From positions 192,001 to 256,000 of the forward strand of contig CBDATR010000010.1 in NCBI GenBank assembly GCA_965200155.1: DNA of 64,000 nt, given 5' to 3'. Position 1 is the stretch's first letter; each line of letters starts with the position of its first letter. This DNA is from Nitrosopumilaceae archaeon. GTDB lineage: Archaea; Thermoproteota; Nitrososphaeria; Nitrososphaerales; Nitrosopumilaceae. Below the pieces are notes generated by a model that saw only the letters and a program-made list of their open reading frames with translations, made no database searches and had not been told where the DNA came from. Shown piece by piece: positions 51,104 to 62,351 of the stretch. Position numbers and translations under genes: made by a program.

Positions 51104-52188
51104 TCTTGCATAACGCGTGCAATGTACGAGATATCATCGGGGGTCACACCAGGATGGACCGGTAGCGACAACACAGTCTGTGCCGCCCTCTCAGTCTCTG
51201 GAAGTGTAAGTGATGATCGGTACAGTGGCATCAGGTGTATTGGTGTCTTGTAATATATGGCCGCGCCTATATCACATCGATACAGCCTTTCATGCATACT
51301 GTCCCTGTTGTTTAGTGATATGGTATACAGACCCCAATTGGGAGCCTGGCCGTCACCCGGATTAGGTAGTACAAGACCGGTCTCGCGCAATAGTTCAGAG
51401 AGTAACGATGCATTACGGCGACGTACATCAAGAAAATATGGAAGCCTGTCTATCTGTATGGCTCCGATGGCCGCGGATATCTCCGGCATGCGCAAGTTTA
51501 TCCCGAACATGTTAAACTCGTTCCCGGTATTTCCATGATTGCGTATGGCCAGCAGATTATCTCGCAGCTTCTCATTGCCGGTCACCACCACTCCCCCCTC
51601 TCCGGCGGTGGCAACCTTTCCGGGATACATGCTGTAGCAACCCATCTCAGAGAGTGTCCCGGTATGCCTGCCGTTTATGGTGGAACCCAGCGACTGTGCC
51701 GCGTCCTCTATAATTGGGATATCCGGGGCTTCCTGTCGTATGGCCGGAATATCTGCCACATGTCCATATAGGTGCACCGGTATGATGGCAGCAGTATTTC
51801 CAGTAATGGCAGACCTCACACAGGCGGGATTCATGGTATAGTTGTCCCGCACATCTACAAAGACCGGAGCGGCGCCCACAGAGTATACGGCATTAGCGGT
51901 GGCCACATACGAGAAGGATGGTACAAGAACCTCGTCACCGCGTTTTACGCCAAGCGATATCAGGGCAGCCTGAAGCGCCGCGGTTCCGGAACTTACCGAT
52001 ATAGCATAACGGGCCCCGGTAAATTCGCATATCAGACGCTCCAGTCTCTGCACCGCCGGACCCCCCTCCCTGGCGGGGGATGTGAGTACGCCAGACTCTA
52101 TGACTTGTACTGCGGCCTGCCGTTCCCTCTCACCAAGCATAGGCTCGTTGATCTTTATGAACTTCCTGTCCACACACGTTATTCTCAT
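51097..52188 (-). CDS. DegT/DnrJ/EryC1/StrS aminotransferase
   Basis: SSGTAAL, PVHLYG, EDAAQS, GEGG. Confidence 0.95.
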   Translation of the reverse strand: MRITCVDRKFIKINEPMLGERERQAAVQVIESGVLTSPAREGGPAVQRLERLICEFTGARYAISVSSGTAALQAALISLGVKRGDEVLVPSFSYVATANAVYSVGAAPVFVDVRDNYTMNPACVRSAITGNTAAIIPVHLYGHVADIPAIRQEAPDIPIIEDAAQSLGSTINGRHTGTLSEMGCYSMYPGKVATAGEGGVVVTGNEKLRDNLLAIRNHGNTGNEFNMFGINLRMPEISAAIGAIQIDRLPYFLDVRRRNASLLSELLRETGLVLPNPGDGQAPNWGLYTISLNNRDSMHERLYRCDIGAAIYYKTPIHLMPLYRSSLTLPETERAAQTVLSLPVHPGVTPDDISYIARVMQDQ

Positions 52189-52218
52189 GCCAGCTTCTAT
52201 GAACCTTTATAGACAAAC

Positions 52219-52788
52219 TTGAACCCATATCTTGTGTCCAAGCACTTGCAGGAGGAGGATACAGGCTACAAAGTCTTCTTGTACGTGTTCTATGTCAGCG
52301 CCGCCATAATGATAAGCATTACAGCATTCGGGTTTTATGCCAGCACGCTGGAGTGGCTGGAGAATGGAACGTACGTCATGGGGGAGGTCATACATAATAC
52401 TGTGGTCCCCTTTGAAAATTTTGCCCGCCTTTCCACATGGCTCTTCTTCTCCAGTATAATTGGGTGGTACTGCGTCTCCCGCATAGGGTGGAAGAAGACT
52501 GTTGCAGGCAAAATATCAGATAGAAGAATAGCCCTGCTACAGCTTATGCTACTGGGGTTTCTCATAATATCACTGTATGAGGTTCTCTACAACTTTACGG
52601 TACTCAACGCAAAGATTACCGCTGGTATTGCAGAGGGTATTGTGCCTGACATCGACAAGCTGTCGGTGGCGTATCCGGATCCCGATGCCCCATGGAACCT
52701 AGTATTCGCGACAAAGATATTCCTGTCCGCCTCCATAATTAGCGGCCATGCCTTTTACCTAAGTACAAGACCCCGCAAGCAGTTATGA
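52219..52788 (+). CDS. Membrane protein
   Basis: Four TM segments; PWNLVFATK. Confidence 0.75.
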   Translation: MNPYLVSKHLQEEDTGYKVFLYVFYVSAAIMISITAFGFYASTLEWLENGTYVMGEVIHNTVVPFENFARLSTWLFFSSIIGWYCVSRIGWKKTVAGKISDRRIALLQLMLLGFLIISLYEVLYNFTVLNAKITAGIAEGIVPDIDKLSVAYPDPDAPWNLVFATKIFLSASIISGHAFYLSTRPRKQL

Positions 52789-52790
52789 TT

Positions 52791-53558
52791 TCACCCCAGA
52801 TCGTACTTTGATCTGTAACCTCTGGGATTTATCATTAGATCCTTGTACGTATAGGTAGAGGAGTTGCCAACTATTACAGTGCTTATCATGCCAAGCTTGT
52901 CAGAGTGTTCTGGTAAATCCTCTAGCGTGGTAAGTACCACGGTCTGAGACTCACGATATGCTCCCTTTATGATAGCAACTGGGGTCTCCGGCTTTCTGTA
53001 CTTGAGCATTATCTTACGGGCATCCTGGAGTTGGCGGACGCGTTTTTTACTGGACGGGTTATATATGACAGTGACAAAGTCACCTGCAGCTGCGGCATCT
53101 ACACGCTTTGCTATAATTTCCCATGGAACCAGCAGATCGCTCATACTTAGTACGGCAAAATCAGTCATAAGGGGAGAGCCCACAATGGCCGAGCACGAGT
53201 TCAAGGCCGAGACGCCGGGTATTACCTCCACAGGAAGATCGCCCCGAGGATCCCAGCCGGATTCGGCCAATGTTTCGTATATGAGACCGGCCATTCCATA
53301 TATGCCCGGATCCCCGCTGGATACCAGAGATACAATACGGCCTGACTTTGCCAAATCTATACACTGCTGAGCACGCTCAACCTCCTGGGTCATGGCATAA
53401 CTGTAGACATCCTTGTCCTGTATGAGATTCTCTACCAGTTTAACATATGTGGTATATCCCACTATGGTATCACTACGTTCTATGGCTTTCTTTGCACTGT
53501 ATGTCATGTGATCGTTGTGTCCAGGCCCAACACCCACTATGTAGAGACGCCCACTCAT
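52791..53558 (-). CDS. cobJ: Precorrin-3B C17-methyltransferase
   Basis: VGVGPG, SSGDPGIYG, YNPSS, PRGY. Confidence 0.95.
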   Translation of the reverse strand: MSGRLYIVGVGPGHNDHMTYSAKKAIERSDTIVGYTTYVKLVENLIQDKDVYSYAMTQEVERAQQCIDLAKSGRIVSLVSSGDPGIYGMAGLIYETLAESGWDPRGDLPVEVIPGVSALNSCSAIVGSPLMTDFAVLSMSDLLVPWEIIAKRVDAAAAGDFVTVIYNPSSKKRVRQLQDARKIMLKYRKPETPVAIIKGAYRESQTVVLTTLEDLPEHSDKLGMISTVIVGNSSTYTYKDLMINPRGYRSKYDLG

Positions 53559-53592
53559 GCTTTCATGTATCTTGTGAACCCAATTTAGGGTT

Positions 53593-55050
53593 TTACTGGA
53601 AAGGATCTATAAAGGGACAGTTTACTATATGATCGGCGTTCGCCGGTCGAGCTATAGAGGTAGTCAGCATCTCCTGTGACCTGTAATAGTCAATATCTCC
53701 CCTAGTTTCCAACAGCTTGGCATCTTCAGGATTATTCCACTCTACCAAGTATATACGCCACATTGGGCTATAGTTTTCATCTCCGGGAGCTGCGCTGGCT
53801 ATGCCTGGCTGGAATCCTATGGGACCGGTACCCTCTAATCCATTGGTAAACTGGAAGAGGTCCACGGCCGCGGCGTTGACTATAAGAGCTGCTGAAACCG
53901 GTGAGTAAATAACGCCCATATTGTTGGCGGGATTTGCCGGGGTTGCATCAGTTACAATATAGTAAATAGTCTCCCCATCTGGACCCCATCCACGATGAGC
54001 CACAAAGGTGACTATCATCTCTTCCTCGTCTATATTGGTAACCTGGCCCCCGCCATAGGGCATATCATCAGTGATATCGGGACTCTCACGTACCACCATC
54101 TGCCCATCCGGCCACACTATATGCGGCGCATTGACTACAATGCCAGAATACTCCATGGTAAGCCGACCAGCCCCAACGGCGTCTTCTACATCTGAGGCAT
54201 GCTGCAAGGGGGACATATTTTGTCCGGGTCTCCAAGTCAGCTCCACCATCTTACTGAGGGCGCCATACTCGACCTCTTGGCCGGGAGTATACTTGAAGAC
54301 CTCTGACTGGTATCCATACAGTCCGTCACCGGACACACCGTTGGTGAAGACATACATCACGTTTAGTATTTCCTCGGGCGTGCTACTGAGCGGCGGAGCC
54401 ACCTCCACACGCCAATCCTGCACTTCGGTTATATTCTCAGCCCATTCCTGGTCGCTCGCATCGGTTATGATATACATTACATCACCGCCTTCATGATACC
54501 CGGCATGCATGGGTAATGTAGCCGGTACACTGGCACGCGCCAGAGACAATGTAGGTACAGGTTCCTCCTGAACTGGGTTTTGTAGTACAATCTCGGTGGG
54601 CTGGCCCCTTATCCAGCCATCCACAGTTACGGTAGCAGCAAACTCGTCTCCCCTAGTATGCAGCATCAGTCCAGCGCCTGCATACTCTACTGTACCGGCA
54701 CTACTGCCACTATCAATAAAGGTCCAACCATATATCGTCTGATCATCTATACGCCATACAGGCTGTCCCAAGGCATCCTCAGGATCAATCTCGTGCAGTA
54801 TGGCAACCTGGACAGGTGCGCTAGCTGTATACGTAAGCGTTCCGTCATATATGGTTCCCGGATTGGGGGAATGTATCATTACAATCTGGTGAGTCTCATG
54901 ACCCTGGCCAGGCGAGAGTGTAGACTGATCAGTGTGAGTAAAGTGGTACTTTTTGTTTATCCCAGCAAGAGCGCTTTGTTCCGGCAAGGTAGCTGCCAAT
55001 AACAGACCCACCGCCAAAATAGCACCACAAGCGAGCAACACCTTTTTCAT
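53593..55050 (-). CDS. Secreted protein with two tandem homologous domains
   Basis: Signal peptide; YIITDAS/YIVTDAT, FTNG, YSPMW, VNCP. Confidence 0.8.
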   Translation of the reverse strand: MKKVLLACGAILAVGLLLAATLPEQSALAGINKKYHFTHTDQSTLSPGQGHETHQIVMIHSPNPGTIYDGTLTYTASAPVQVAILHEIDPEDALGQPVWRIDDQTIYGWTFIDSGSSAGTVEYAGAGLMLHTRGDEFAATVTVDGWIRGQPTEIVLQNPVQEEPVPTLSLARASVPATLPMHAGYHEGGDVMYIITDASDQEWAENITEVQDWRVEVAPPLSSTPEEILNVMYVFTNGVSGDGLYGYQSEVFKYTPGQEVEYGALSKMVELTWRPGQNMSPLQHASDVEDAVGAGRLTMEYSGIVVNAPHIVWPDGQMVVRESPDITDDMPYGGGQVTNIDEEEMIVTFVAHRGWGPDGETIYYIVTDATPANPANNMGVIYSPVSAALIVNAAAVDLFQFTNGLEGTGPIGFQPGIASAAPGDENYSPMWRIYLVEWNNPEDAKLLETRGDIDYYRSQEMLTTSIARPANADHIVNCPFIDPFQ

Positions 55051-55194
55051 ATTCTATTCCTTCTTTAGCGCGTTTAAAAGTTTTTTTTACGCGAGTTCAC
55101 ACCCCGGTTGCACGTACAAATTTGAAATATGGGCAAATTTGTGCACGGAGTATGCCATTACAATATATCATTAAAAGTATAATTTATCCCGGCT

Positions 55195-56106
55195 CTAAAT
55201 GTTGAGTGACTCTTTGAGACCCTTGTAACGGTTACGTATAGTGACTTCAGTTACATTAGCCGCCTCTGCTATGTCCCGCTGTGTCTTGTCCTCATCATAC
55301 TTGACGCAAGCCAGATACAGTGCGGCGGCCGCCAGACCCATTGGGTCCTTGCCAGCAGAGACCTCGTTCTTTTGAGCCTCCCGCAATACCTGGGTTGCGT
55401 GTCGCTTTGTCTTCTCTGAGATGCCGATGTGGCTTGCGATTCGTGCCACACATTGTATGGCATCAGTTACTGGCATTTTGAGATCAAGCTCATTGACCAG
55501 CAGGCGATAACAACGGGCAATATCTTTACGTTTTATGTTGGCAGCTTTTTCCACATCCTTAAGATTGCGGGCAGTTGCAGTATCCCGGCAGGCAGCGTAC
55601 AATGCAGACGCCATGAGAGCAGATATGGACCTGCCCCGGACTAATCCCTTGTCCAAGGCCTTGCGGTATATGTAGGCCGCCTTCTCCACTACAACATCAG
55701 ATAGCGCCAGCTTATCCTTGAGGCGGTTCAGCTCACCAAAAGCCTGACGGAAGTTGCGATCCACAGGCTCGTGTACCTGACTACGGTTGTCCCAAGTACG
55801 TAACCGCTCTATTGTAGTCTTCATAGAAGCAGTGAGTGGTCTGCCTGACGCATCCTTGTTTATCGGGTTGATTATAGTGGCCAGCCCCATATCATGTATG
55901 GTCAATGATGTTGGCGCCCCTGCCCTGGCACGGTCACCGTGCTCATCCTGTGTAAAAGAGCGCCATTCGGGTCCGGACTCTTGCAGTTTCTCAGTTATTA
56001 CAAAACCACACTTGGAGCAACACAGTTCGCCTGACTCATTGTCAGTAACCAGCATACCCTGAACACAACGTGGACAGGTCTCCTCAATTCTTTCCCTACT
56101 TACCAT
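55195..56106 (-). CDS. tfb: Transcription initiation factor IIB
   Basis: Zinc ribbon, GPEWRSF, GKDPMG, VTEVTIRNRY. Confidence 0.95.
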   Translation of the reverse strand: MVSRERIEETCPRCVQGMLVTDNESGELCCSKCGFVITEKLQESGPEWRSFTQDEHGDRARAGAPTSLTIHDMGLATIINPINKDASGRPLTASMKTTIERLRTWDNRSQVHEPVDRNFRQAFGELNRLKDKLALSDVVVEKAAYIYRKALDKGLVRGRSISALMASALYAACRDTATARNLKDVEKAANIKRKDIARCYRLLVNELDLKMPVTDAIQCVARIASHIGISEKTKRHATQVLREAQKNEVSAGKDPMGLAAAALYLACVKYDEDKTQRDIAEAANVTEVTIRNRYKGLKESLNI

Positions 56107-56184
56107 TGTTAATAGTTCTCTAATGATACATATAAATCAAAAAGCTTTTATCGCATAATTTTCCCCAAGACAACTTCGAGAGTG

Positions 56185-57333
56185 TTAAAGATGACTGAGC
56201 TTTTGATCTGCCACGTTTAGTCCGGCCTGTGGATCTGTATCATATCCCATCATGGCAAGGGTGGAGGATATAGCAGATATGGTCCTCATTACATGATAAC
56301 GGTTCACCTCACCCATGCAGCCTACACGGAAGACCTTGCCCTTCAAGTTTCCAAAACCGCCAGCTACCAATACGCGGAATTTTTCTGCCAGTGTGTTACG
56401 GAAGGTCTTGTCTTCAAGGCCCTCCAGATAGTTTAGTGCAATAACAACTGTAGAACGAGAATCTTCCTGGGCAAAGGGGGTAAGACCTATGGCGCTGAGC
56501 CCATCGTACAGAGCCGATGAGCAAACACGGTGCCGGTGTATACGATTCTCCAAACCTTCCTCCAGTATGATATCCATGGCTTCGTTGTATGCGTACAGCA
56601 AAGGCAATGCTGGTGTGAAGGGTGTATGTGTAGACTCCTCATAGTACTTGAAGTATCGTGGGAGATTAAAGTACATAGTGTTAGGGGGAGTATTCATCAT
56701 GTATTTTTTAGTTCTGGCATTTACGCATATGGGAGATATTCCCGGAGGCGCTGCAAAGGCCTTTTGGGCACCAGTCATGGCAATGTCCACACCCCATTTA
56801 TCCATCTCCAGCATCTCTCCGCCCACTATAGAGACACCGTCTACCACATAGAAAGAGTCGTTTCTAGAAGTAAGATCCTTGATTCTGTCCAGATAGTTTA
56901 TCATGGTTCCTGTGGATGTCTCATTCCATACACAGTAGAACGCCTTTACGTTAGAATTGTTATCAAAGGCCTCTCGTATCTGATCCAGCGTGGCATTTAT
57001 GCCCGGCTTGGTCTCTATACGTATGGTTTGACCGCCAGCCCATTCTATCATTTGAGCCAGCCTGCTACTGAACTCCCCATTCACTGGTATTATGACCTTG
57101 TCGCCTTTCTTGATCAAGTTTACTACACTAGCCTCCACCGCGCCAGTACCCGAGGCAGAGAGGCAGACCGCGTCACCATCAGTCCGAAATACCTGCTTTG
57201 TCTTTTCAACACACGGTTTGTAGAGTCTAACAAAGTCGTCACTGCGGTGATTTATCATGGGAACGTACATGGCCCTAGTTACCCTTTCGGGAACATTTGT
57301 AGGACCGGGAAGCATTACCAGATATTCCAACAA
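56185..57333 (-). CDS. Class V PLP aminotransferase (alanine/serine-glyoxylate type)
   Basis: MLPGPT, NETSTG, GAQKAF. Confidence 0.9.
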   Translation of the reverse strand: MLEYLVMLPGPTNVPERVTRAMYVPMINHRSDDFVRLYKPCVEKTKQVFRTDGDAVCLSASGTGAVEASVVNLIKKGDKVIIPVNGEFSSRLAQMIEWAGGQTIRIETKPGINATLDQIREAFDNNSNVKAFYCVWNETSTGTMINYLDRIKDLTSRNDSFYVVDGVSIVGGEMLEMDKWGVDIAMTGAQKAFAAPPGISPICVNARTKKYMMNTPPNTMYFNLPRYFKYYEESTHTPFTPALPLLYAYNEAMDIILEEGLENRIHRHRVCSSALYDGLSAIGLTPFAQEDSRSTVVIALNYLEGLEDKTFRNTLAEKFRVLVAGGFGNLKGKVFRVGCMGEVNRYHVMRTISAISSTLAMMGYDTDPQAGLNVADQKLSHL

Positions 57334-57362
57334 TGCATGTGGACGTTAACGCTTATTTATAA

Positions 57363-57869
57363 TTAGGTCTCAAAACCCAAACTTCTTACCACACGGGCCG
57401 TGCCTCCAGGTACCAAATGTTGCCAAGGCATATTTGTGGCCATTCTAGTCCGAATTACTGTTCCAGAGAGATCAGTCCTGTTCAGAAATGGTATACCGTA
57501 CACACTGGTATTGGCCATAAGCTTAGTGGTGAGAGAGTCATTAGTGAATATTGTATTAAAGGGCGGCAGTGTCTTGTACAACATCCTCACCCATTCCTTA
57601 TGATTGTCAACATCAGGTACCATATGTATGGTAATGCGCCCAAGCATTGCATCACTAACAGACTGGGTTATCATGTCATACCTCTCCTGTGCATTATAGG
57701 GATTATCGGTCTCCCGAGACTTGTTGGAGCTGCCTATGCCCAAGAGCAGCTGATCTACCTTAGACAAGGCATACTTCAATGCATGTAAATGCCCTAGATG
57801 GAAAGGCTGAAACCGGCCCAATAGAAGTCCCACACTGGGAGATGTATCAGACAAGTCCGTCGATGACAT
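57363..57869 (-). CDS. Nicotinamide-nucleotide adenylyltransferase
   Basis: GRFQPFHLGH, IGSS, SGTVIR. Confidence 0.9.
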   Translation of the reverse strand: MSSTDLSDTSPSVGLLLGRFQPFHLGHLHALKYALSKVDQLLLGIGSSNKSRETDNPYNAQERYDMITQSVSDAMLGRITIHMVPDVDNHKEWVRMLYKTLPPFNTIFTNDSLTTKLMANTSVYGIPFLNRTDLSGTVIRTRMATNMPWQHLVPGGTARVVRSLGFET

Positions 57870-58102
57870 AATGATAGGGCGCACCAATTTTAGGAATATG
57901 CACGTTTCCGTGAAGAGAATAGTATGGATATCTATTTGGTCAATCAGAAGCACCACTATGCAGTCGTATGATTGTGTAGGTTCACCTGTGTCAGGATTTA
58001 CACATGACGGTGTGCACTATTGATCCTGCCACTTCACGACATGTTATTCAGGAAGGCGCAATCTTTAGTAAGACTTAACAGTGGCAGTTATACTCCCCCA
58101 TC

Positions 58103-59251
58103 ATGTACTATACAGGCATAGCAGTAATTGCGTTAGGACTATTCTCGTCCGCAGGCTTTGCATTTGCAGAGATACCGGAGGAGGTTAGGATAGGCGGAAT
58201 ATTTGACAAGAATTGGGCAGAAGGTGACGAGAGTTCGCGCACCGCGGCTATAGCAGTGGAGGACTTTAATTTATACCTCGACAACATTGGCGCTGAGTGG
58301 CAGTTTTCTCTGGAAGTGGAGGATGCGGAGTCTCGCAGTTCCGTAGCCTTGGACAAAATACAGGCGTTTAGAAGTGCCGGTGTTGATAAAATCATAGGCA
58401 TGGCGTTCAGCTCACACATCAATTTAGCTGCAAGTTACATCGATAGAAATAACATGCTAGTCATATCACATGGCTCACAAGCAGAGAATCTTGCAATAGA
58501 TGATTCAATATTCAGGCTTGTGCCGAATGACGGAAACCAAGCCCCGCCAATCGTAGAAATGTTAAATGATGCCGGGATAGAGGTTCTGGTAACCGTGGTT
58601 AGAGGAGACACATGGGGCGATGGACTGATCGCGACCGTCAGTGAGCTCTACGAGGGTACCGTAGAACCGGGATTCCGGTACAACCCTGACGCGGCGGACT
58701 TTTCCGTAGAGGCGGCCTTGCTGGACGGCATCATAGCAGATTTGATAAATGAGCATGGTGCAGACAAGATAGGCGTACTTTACATCGGAACCGATGAGTT
58801 TCTGTTGCTTATGCAGGCCATGGACAGCTACAACAATGTTGACAGAGTGAGATGGTTTTCCACCAATACGCAGTCCGTCAAATCATACTTCTTCGAGGAT
58901 CCGGCAGCAATTGAGTTTGCCAAGGACACGCAGTTTACTGCCACAAGATCAGTTTTCATGGTAGATAACGGACTAAAGGACGATCTCGATTCCAAGTTCA
59001 CGGAGCTATACAATGCGACCATCAGCACGTATGGTTATGCTTCCTATGATTCAGTATGGCTCCTAGGCCTAGCAATGCTCCAGACTCAAAGCGCTGATCC
59101 CGTCATACTAACTTCTGCCATACCACACGTTGCCGCCCATATGCTGGGAACTTCAGGTGATCTTACACTCACAGAATACGGCGACTTGGCTAGCTCCTCG
59201 TTTGAAGTTTGGCAGACAGGAGATGACGGCTGGTTTCTCATAGAACCCTAG
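58103..59251 (+). CDS. LivJ-type ABC substrate-binding protein
   Basis: Paralogous to the C-terminal domain of 505-2025 (FRLVPND, RGDTWGD, YDSVWL). Confidence 0.85.
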   Translation: MYYTGIAVIALGLFSSAGFAFAEIPEEVRIGGIFDKNWAEGDESSRTAAIAVEDFNLYLDNIGAEWQFSLEVEDAESRSSVALDKIQAFRSAGVDKIIGMAFSSHINLAASYIDRNNMLVISHGSQAENLAIDDSIFRLVPNDGNQAPPIVEMLNDAGIEVLVTVVRGDTWGDGLIATVSELYEGTVEPGFRYNPDAADFSVEAALLDGIIADLINEHGADKIGVLYIGTDEFLLLMQAMDSYNNVDRVRWFSTNTQSVKSYFFEDPAAIEFAKDTQFTATRSVFMVDNGLKDDLDSKFTELYNATISTYGYASYDSVWLLGLAMLQTQSADPVILTSAIPHVAAHMLGTSGDLTLTEYGDLASSSFEVWQTGDDGWFLIEP

Positions 59252-59363
59252 TATTTTTCTTATTTCCACTGAGCGAGATTATACCCGCTTATGGCATACT
59301 ACTGATCAAGAACCGCGCACATGGCGCCGCAAAGGTTATTCGATTATCCCATCACATATCACC

Positions 59364-59786
59364 ATGAAATACTTTCTGGCCATACTGCCGCTAACCGCAA
59401 TAGCCATCCTGGTAGTATGGTTGGGCTCTACAGATAGCCCAAGAGAGGCAGAGTTTCACGTAACGCTGGCCATGTCTGATCAGTATGCATCTGGAGTATA
59501 TACCGAGTCGTTTCAAGCTGCACAGGGAGACTACTCCTTGCGATTTGTTCCCAACGGGGACAGCCCGCAGACGTTGACAATATTGCTGGATGGATCAGGG
59601 GTATCATTTAACCAGACATATACGTTAAAGGGAACACTCCATGAAACGGGCATCTCAAAGTACCATACTTGGGAATATGAGGGCATTCACGATATCAGTG
59701 TACCCCATGACCAGATGCTGAGCATAGTTGTTGATCCTCACGGAAACACAATGGGCCCAATATCAGTCAGTCTAGTTAAGAATTAA
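59364..59786 (+). CDS. Membrane-anchored hypothetical protein
   Basis: N-terminal TM segment, 140 aa. Confidence 0.75.
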   Translation: MKYFLAILPLTAIAILVVWLGSTDSPREAEFHVTLAMSDQYASGVYTESFQAAQGDYSLRFVPNGDSPQTLTILLDGSGVSFNQTYTLKGTLHETGISKYHTWEYEGIHDISVPHDQMLSIVVDPHGNTMGPISVSLVKN

Positions 59787-60132
59787 GGGCACAACCCCGT
59801 TCAGAAGTATGAGAGATTTCCTCTCCCTGTCAAGCTCGGCTTGACACCTCAATACCATTCTGTGGGGTTGCGCGGTGTCAGTCGATTGATGTTTCTATCG
59901 TTGACATTAACATAATTACGTGGTTTTAGTATAAAAATGTGTATAATGATTTATGATTAACACAGGCTATTAATCTAAATTATTTGGAAAATATAATGAA
60001 AATTATTAAATATACACACCAAAAATTCTGCAAAACATCTCCAAATCCCGGATACTGGACTTATGTTAGTGAAACGCCTGTTTCAGAGTGTGTTTCAGCC
60101 CACTCCTCTTAATACGCAGTATCGTATAGTAG

Positions 60133-60423
60133 ATGTTGACAAGAAAACAGTATAGATCCGAGATTGGGATTGTAGTTGACATACTGGATGTTACCATCAA
60201 TGCCGGAAGAGACGGTGCTCCCGTATCCATGATAACGCGGAGGGCGAATGTTTCACACTGCGCAGCGGTGCAAAAGTGCGACAAGTTAGTGGGTGCCGGT
60301 CTGGTACAGTCTAACAAGACTCCTCGTAGCAAGGTCTTTACGATTACCGAGAAAGGGCTGGGATTTGCAAGAGATCTGCGCAGGTTCCTGGATCTGGCAG
60401 ACAGTCTGAATCTTAGGTACTAG
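60133..60423 (+). CDS. Winged-helix transcriptional regulator
   Basis: YRSEIGIVVDIL...FTITEKG. Confidence 0.85.
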   Translation: MLTRKQYRSEIGIVVDILDVTINAGRDGAPVSMITRRANVSHCAAVQKCDKLVGAGLVQSNKTPRSKVFTITEKGLGFARDLRRFLDLADSLNLRY

Positions 60424-60507
60424 TCATGAATAGGATACTAGTAGCTTTGAAGGCGCGTATAGACATGGGCAATAATTTTAGTAATAAGAACAATAAGCAT
60501 CACGACT

Positions 60508-61410
60508 ATGATGCGAGTGGTAATTATGCTGGGAATGGTGGTCATTGTGGGCTGCGCGTCCAGCGCATATGCCAGCTACGATTTGTTGGACGTTACGCTA
60601 TATCGGGATGGGTTGGCGCATATTCGAGTGGTGCTTGAGGTGGATCCGCTGACACCCACATTTCCCTTGGAGTTATTTGGGCCAACAATAGACAATTTTG
60701 TAGCTGCTGATGAGGAAGGCAGACTGTTAGTAGCAGGCATAACTGATAGGGTAGCTGCCCTGTCTACATTTGGCTCTGAGACGATTGAGGTAAATTATGA
60801 TTTACATGACCTGGTGTCTAAGGAGGGGCGAGTCTGGACCTTTTATTTTGATGCACCACAAAATTACACACTCACTATGCCCAGCGATGCAGTAATAGTT
60901 GGTATTGACACCATACCGCAAAGTCTAACAGTAATTGAGGAACAGGTCAGTCTTGAGATACCGCGGGGACCAGCAGAGATAAACTATGTCCTGAATGTGC
61001 CAGTGTCCACCGAGCCCATCCTCACTGCAGATGTGCAGGACAACAGCACAACCTATGCATTACTGGCGGGAGTTCCTGCTGCCGCGGGGGCAGGAGGCAT
61101 CATACTTGCCATCAGGTCCAAGCGAGCTCGCGCTTCTGGTTTGGCTAGCATGCCACCCCCTGCACTCTCGGCGGAGGACATCTTCGCAAAGATGCCAGAT
61201 ATCAGGGAGGAAGACAGGGAGATAGTCAAGCACATAGTAGACAATGGGGGAGAGCGGCTAGAAAGCGAACTGCGTAAGGAGTTTTTACAACCCAGGACCA
61301 CCATGTGGAGGGCAGTTAAGAGGTTGGAGAGAATTGGAGTAGTCGAGGTAATAAAAAAAGATGCTCAGAATCTGGTCAGGATGAGGCCAAATCCGGAGGA
61401 TAAGGAATGA
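60508..61410 (+). CDS. Membrane-spanning protein with C-terminal winged HTH
   Basis: Signal peptide, TM segment, ESELRK...RTTMWRAVKRLE. Confidence 0.8.
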   Translation: MMRVVIMLGMVVIVGCASSAYASYDLLDVTLYRDGLAHIRVVLEVDPLTPTFPLELFGPTIDNFVAADEEGRLLVAGITDRVAALSTFGSETIEVNYDLHDLVSKEGRVWTFYFDAPQNYTLTMPSDAVIVGIDTIPQSLTVIEEQVSLEIPRGPAEINYVLNVPVSTEPILTADVQDNSTTYALLAGVPAAAGAGGIILAIRSKRARASGLASMPPPALSAEDIFAKMPDIREEDREIVKHIVDNGGERLESELRKEFLQPRTTMWRAVKRLERIGVVEVIKKDAQNLVRMRPNPEDKE

Positions 61411-62351
61411 GGAATGCGATACTGATCTTGGTGTTTGTGGCTGCGCTGAGCGTATCGGGCGCAGCAGCGGATCAAGATGCAATGTATGAGATTGCAAAGA
61501 GGGCGCAGATACAGTTGGAGATAGAGATAGGTCCGGACGACTCTGATCAGATAAATGCACTACTAGTACAGGGGACAGAGCTGGTAGAATCCATACGAAC
61601 AGCCAACATGGAGGAAGCCGCGGAGTATTTCCTTGAGGCCATGCAAGTATTTACTGACGCATTCTACATTTTGGAGGTGGACAAGAGTCAGGATGACATA
61701 GACGATGCCTCGGCAAAATTGGTAAGACAGGAGCGAGATTATAAGCACTTGGCATATTTGGCCGGTACCCACGGAGTGAGTGTGGAGACTGCCCATCTGA
61801 ATTCGCTCTTTGAGGAAGCGAGAAGGCAGACCGGGGCGGGCAAAGGTGTGGAAAACACCATCTTTACTGTCATAGATATGGCTCTGGACTCCCTACGAGA
61901 AGAAATAAGCCTGGCAGCCGCAGTGAGAGATCAGGAGCGAGAGGCAGAATACGTTTCGTGGTACGTGGATCATCTGGGGCGGCTCCTGGCCAACTTCGAA
62001 AGGTTTGACATACCATTGGATGACCAGACAAGACTGAGTGATCTCCAGAATGAGTTGGCAACCGCAACAGATTCTTCCACCATACTGTCACTAATCAAGG
62101 AGGTCATATCCATAAAGTATGACCTAAACTTGGCCAATTTTGATCGAATGGAGGTATGGATAAGACAGACAGGGGACCATGTCGATGCGTTACGAGATGC
62201 GCAGCTAGTAGACAACATTATGCACGGTGTGGTTAATGAAATGCTGAGTCAGTGCGAGGATATGATAGGTAGTGGCGCACTGGATGACGCAGAGATACTG
62301 TTAGTCAGGATAGACGGTTGGCTCATTGAGCGAGAACAGGCAGGATCCTGA
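61407..62351 (+). CDS. Secreted alpha-helical hypothetical protein
   Basis: Signal peptide; coupled to upstream gene. Confidence 0.75.
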   Translation: MRNAILILVFVAALSVSGAAADQDAMYEIAKRAQIQLEIEIGPDDSDQINALLVQGTELVESIRTANMEEAAEYFLEAMQVFTDAFYILEVDKSQDDIDDASAKLVRQERDYKHLAYLAGTHGVSVETAHLNSLFEEARRQTGAGKGVENTIFTVIDMALDSLREEISLAAAVRDQEREAEYVSWYVDHLGRLLANFERFDIPLDDQTRLSDLQNELATATDSSTILSLIKEVISIKYDLNLANFDRMEVWIRQTGDHVDALRDAQLVDNIMHGVVNEMLSQCEDMIGSGALDDAEILLVRIDGWLIEREQAGS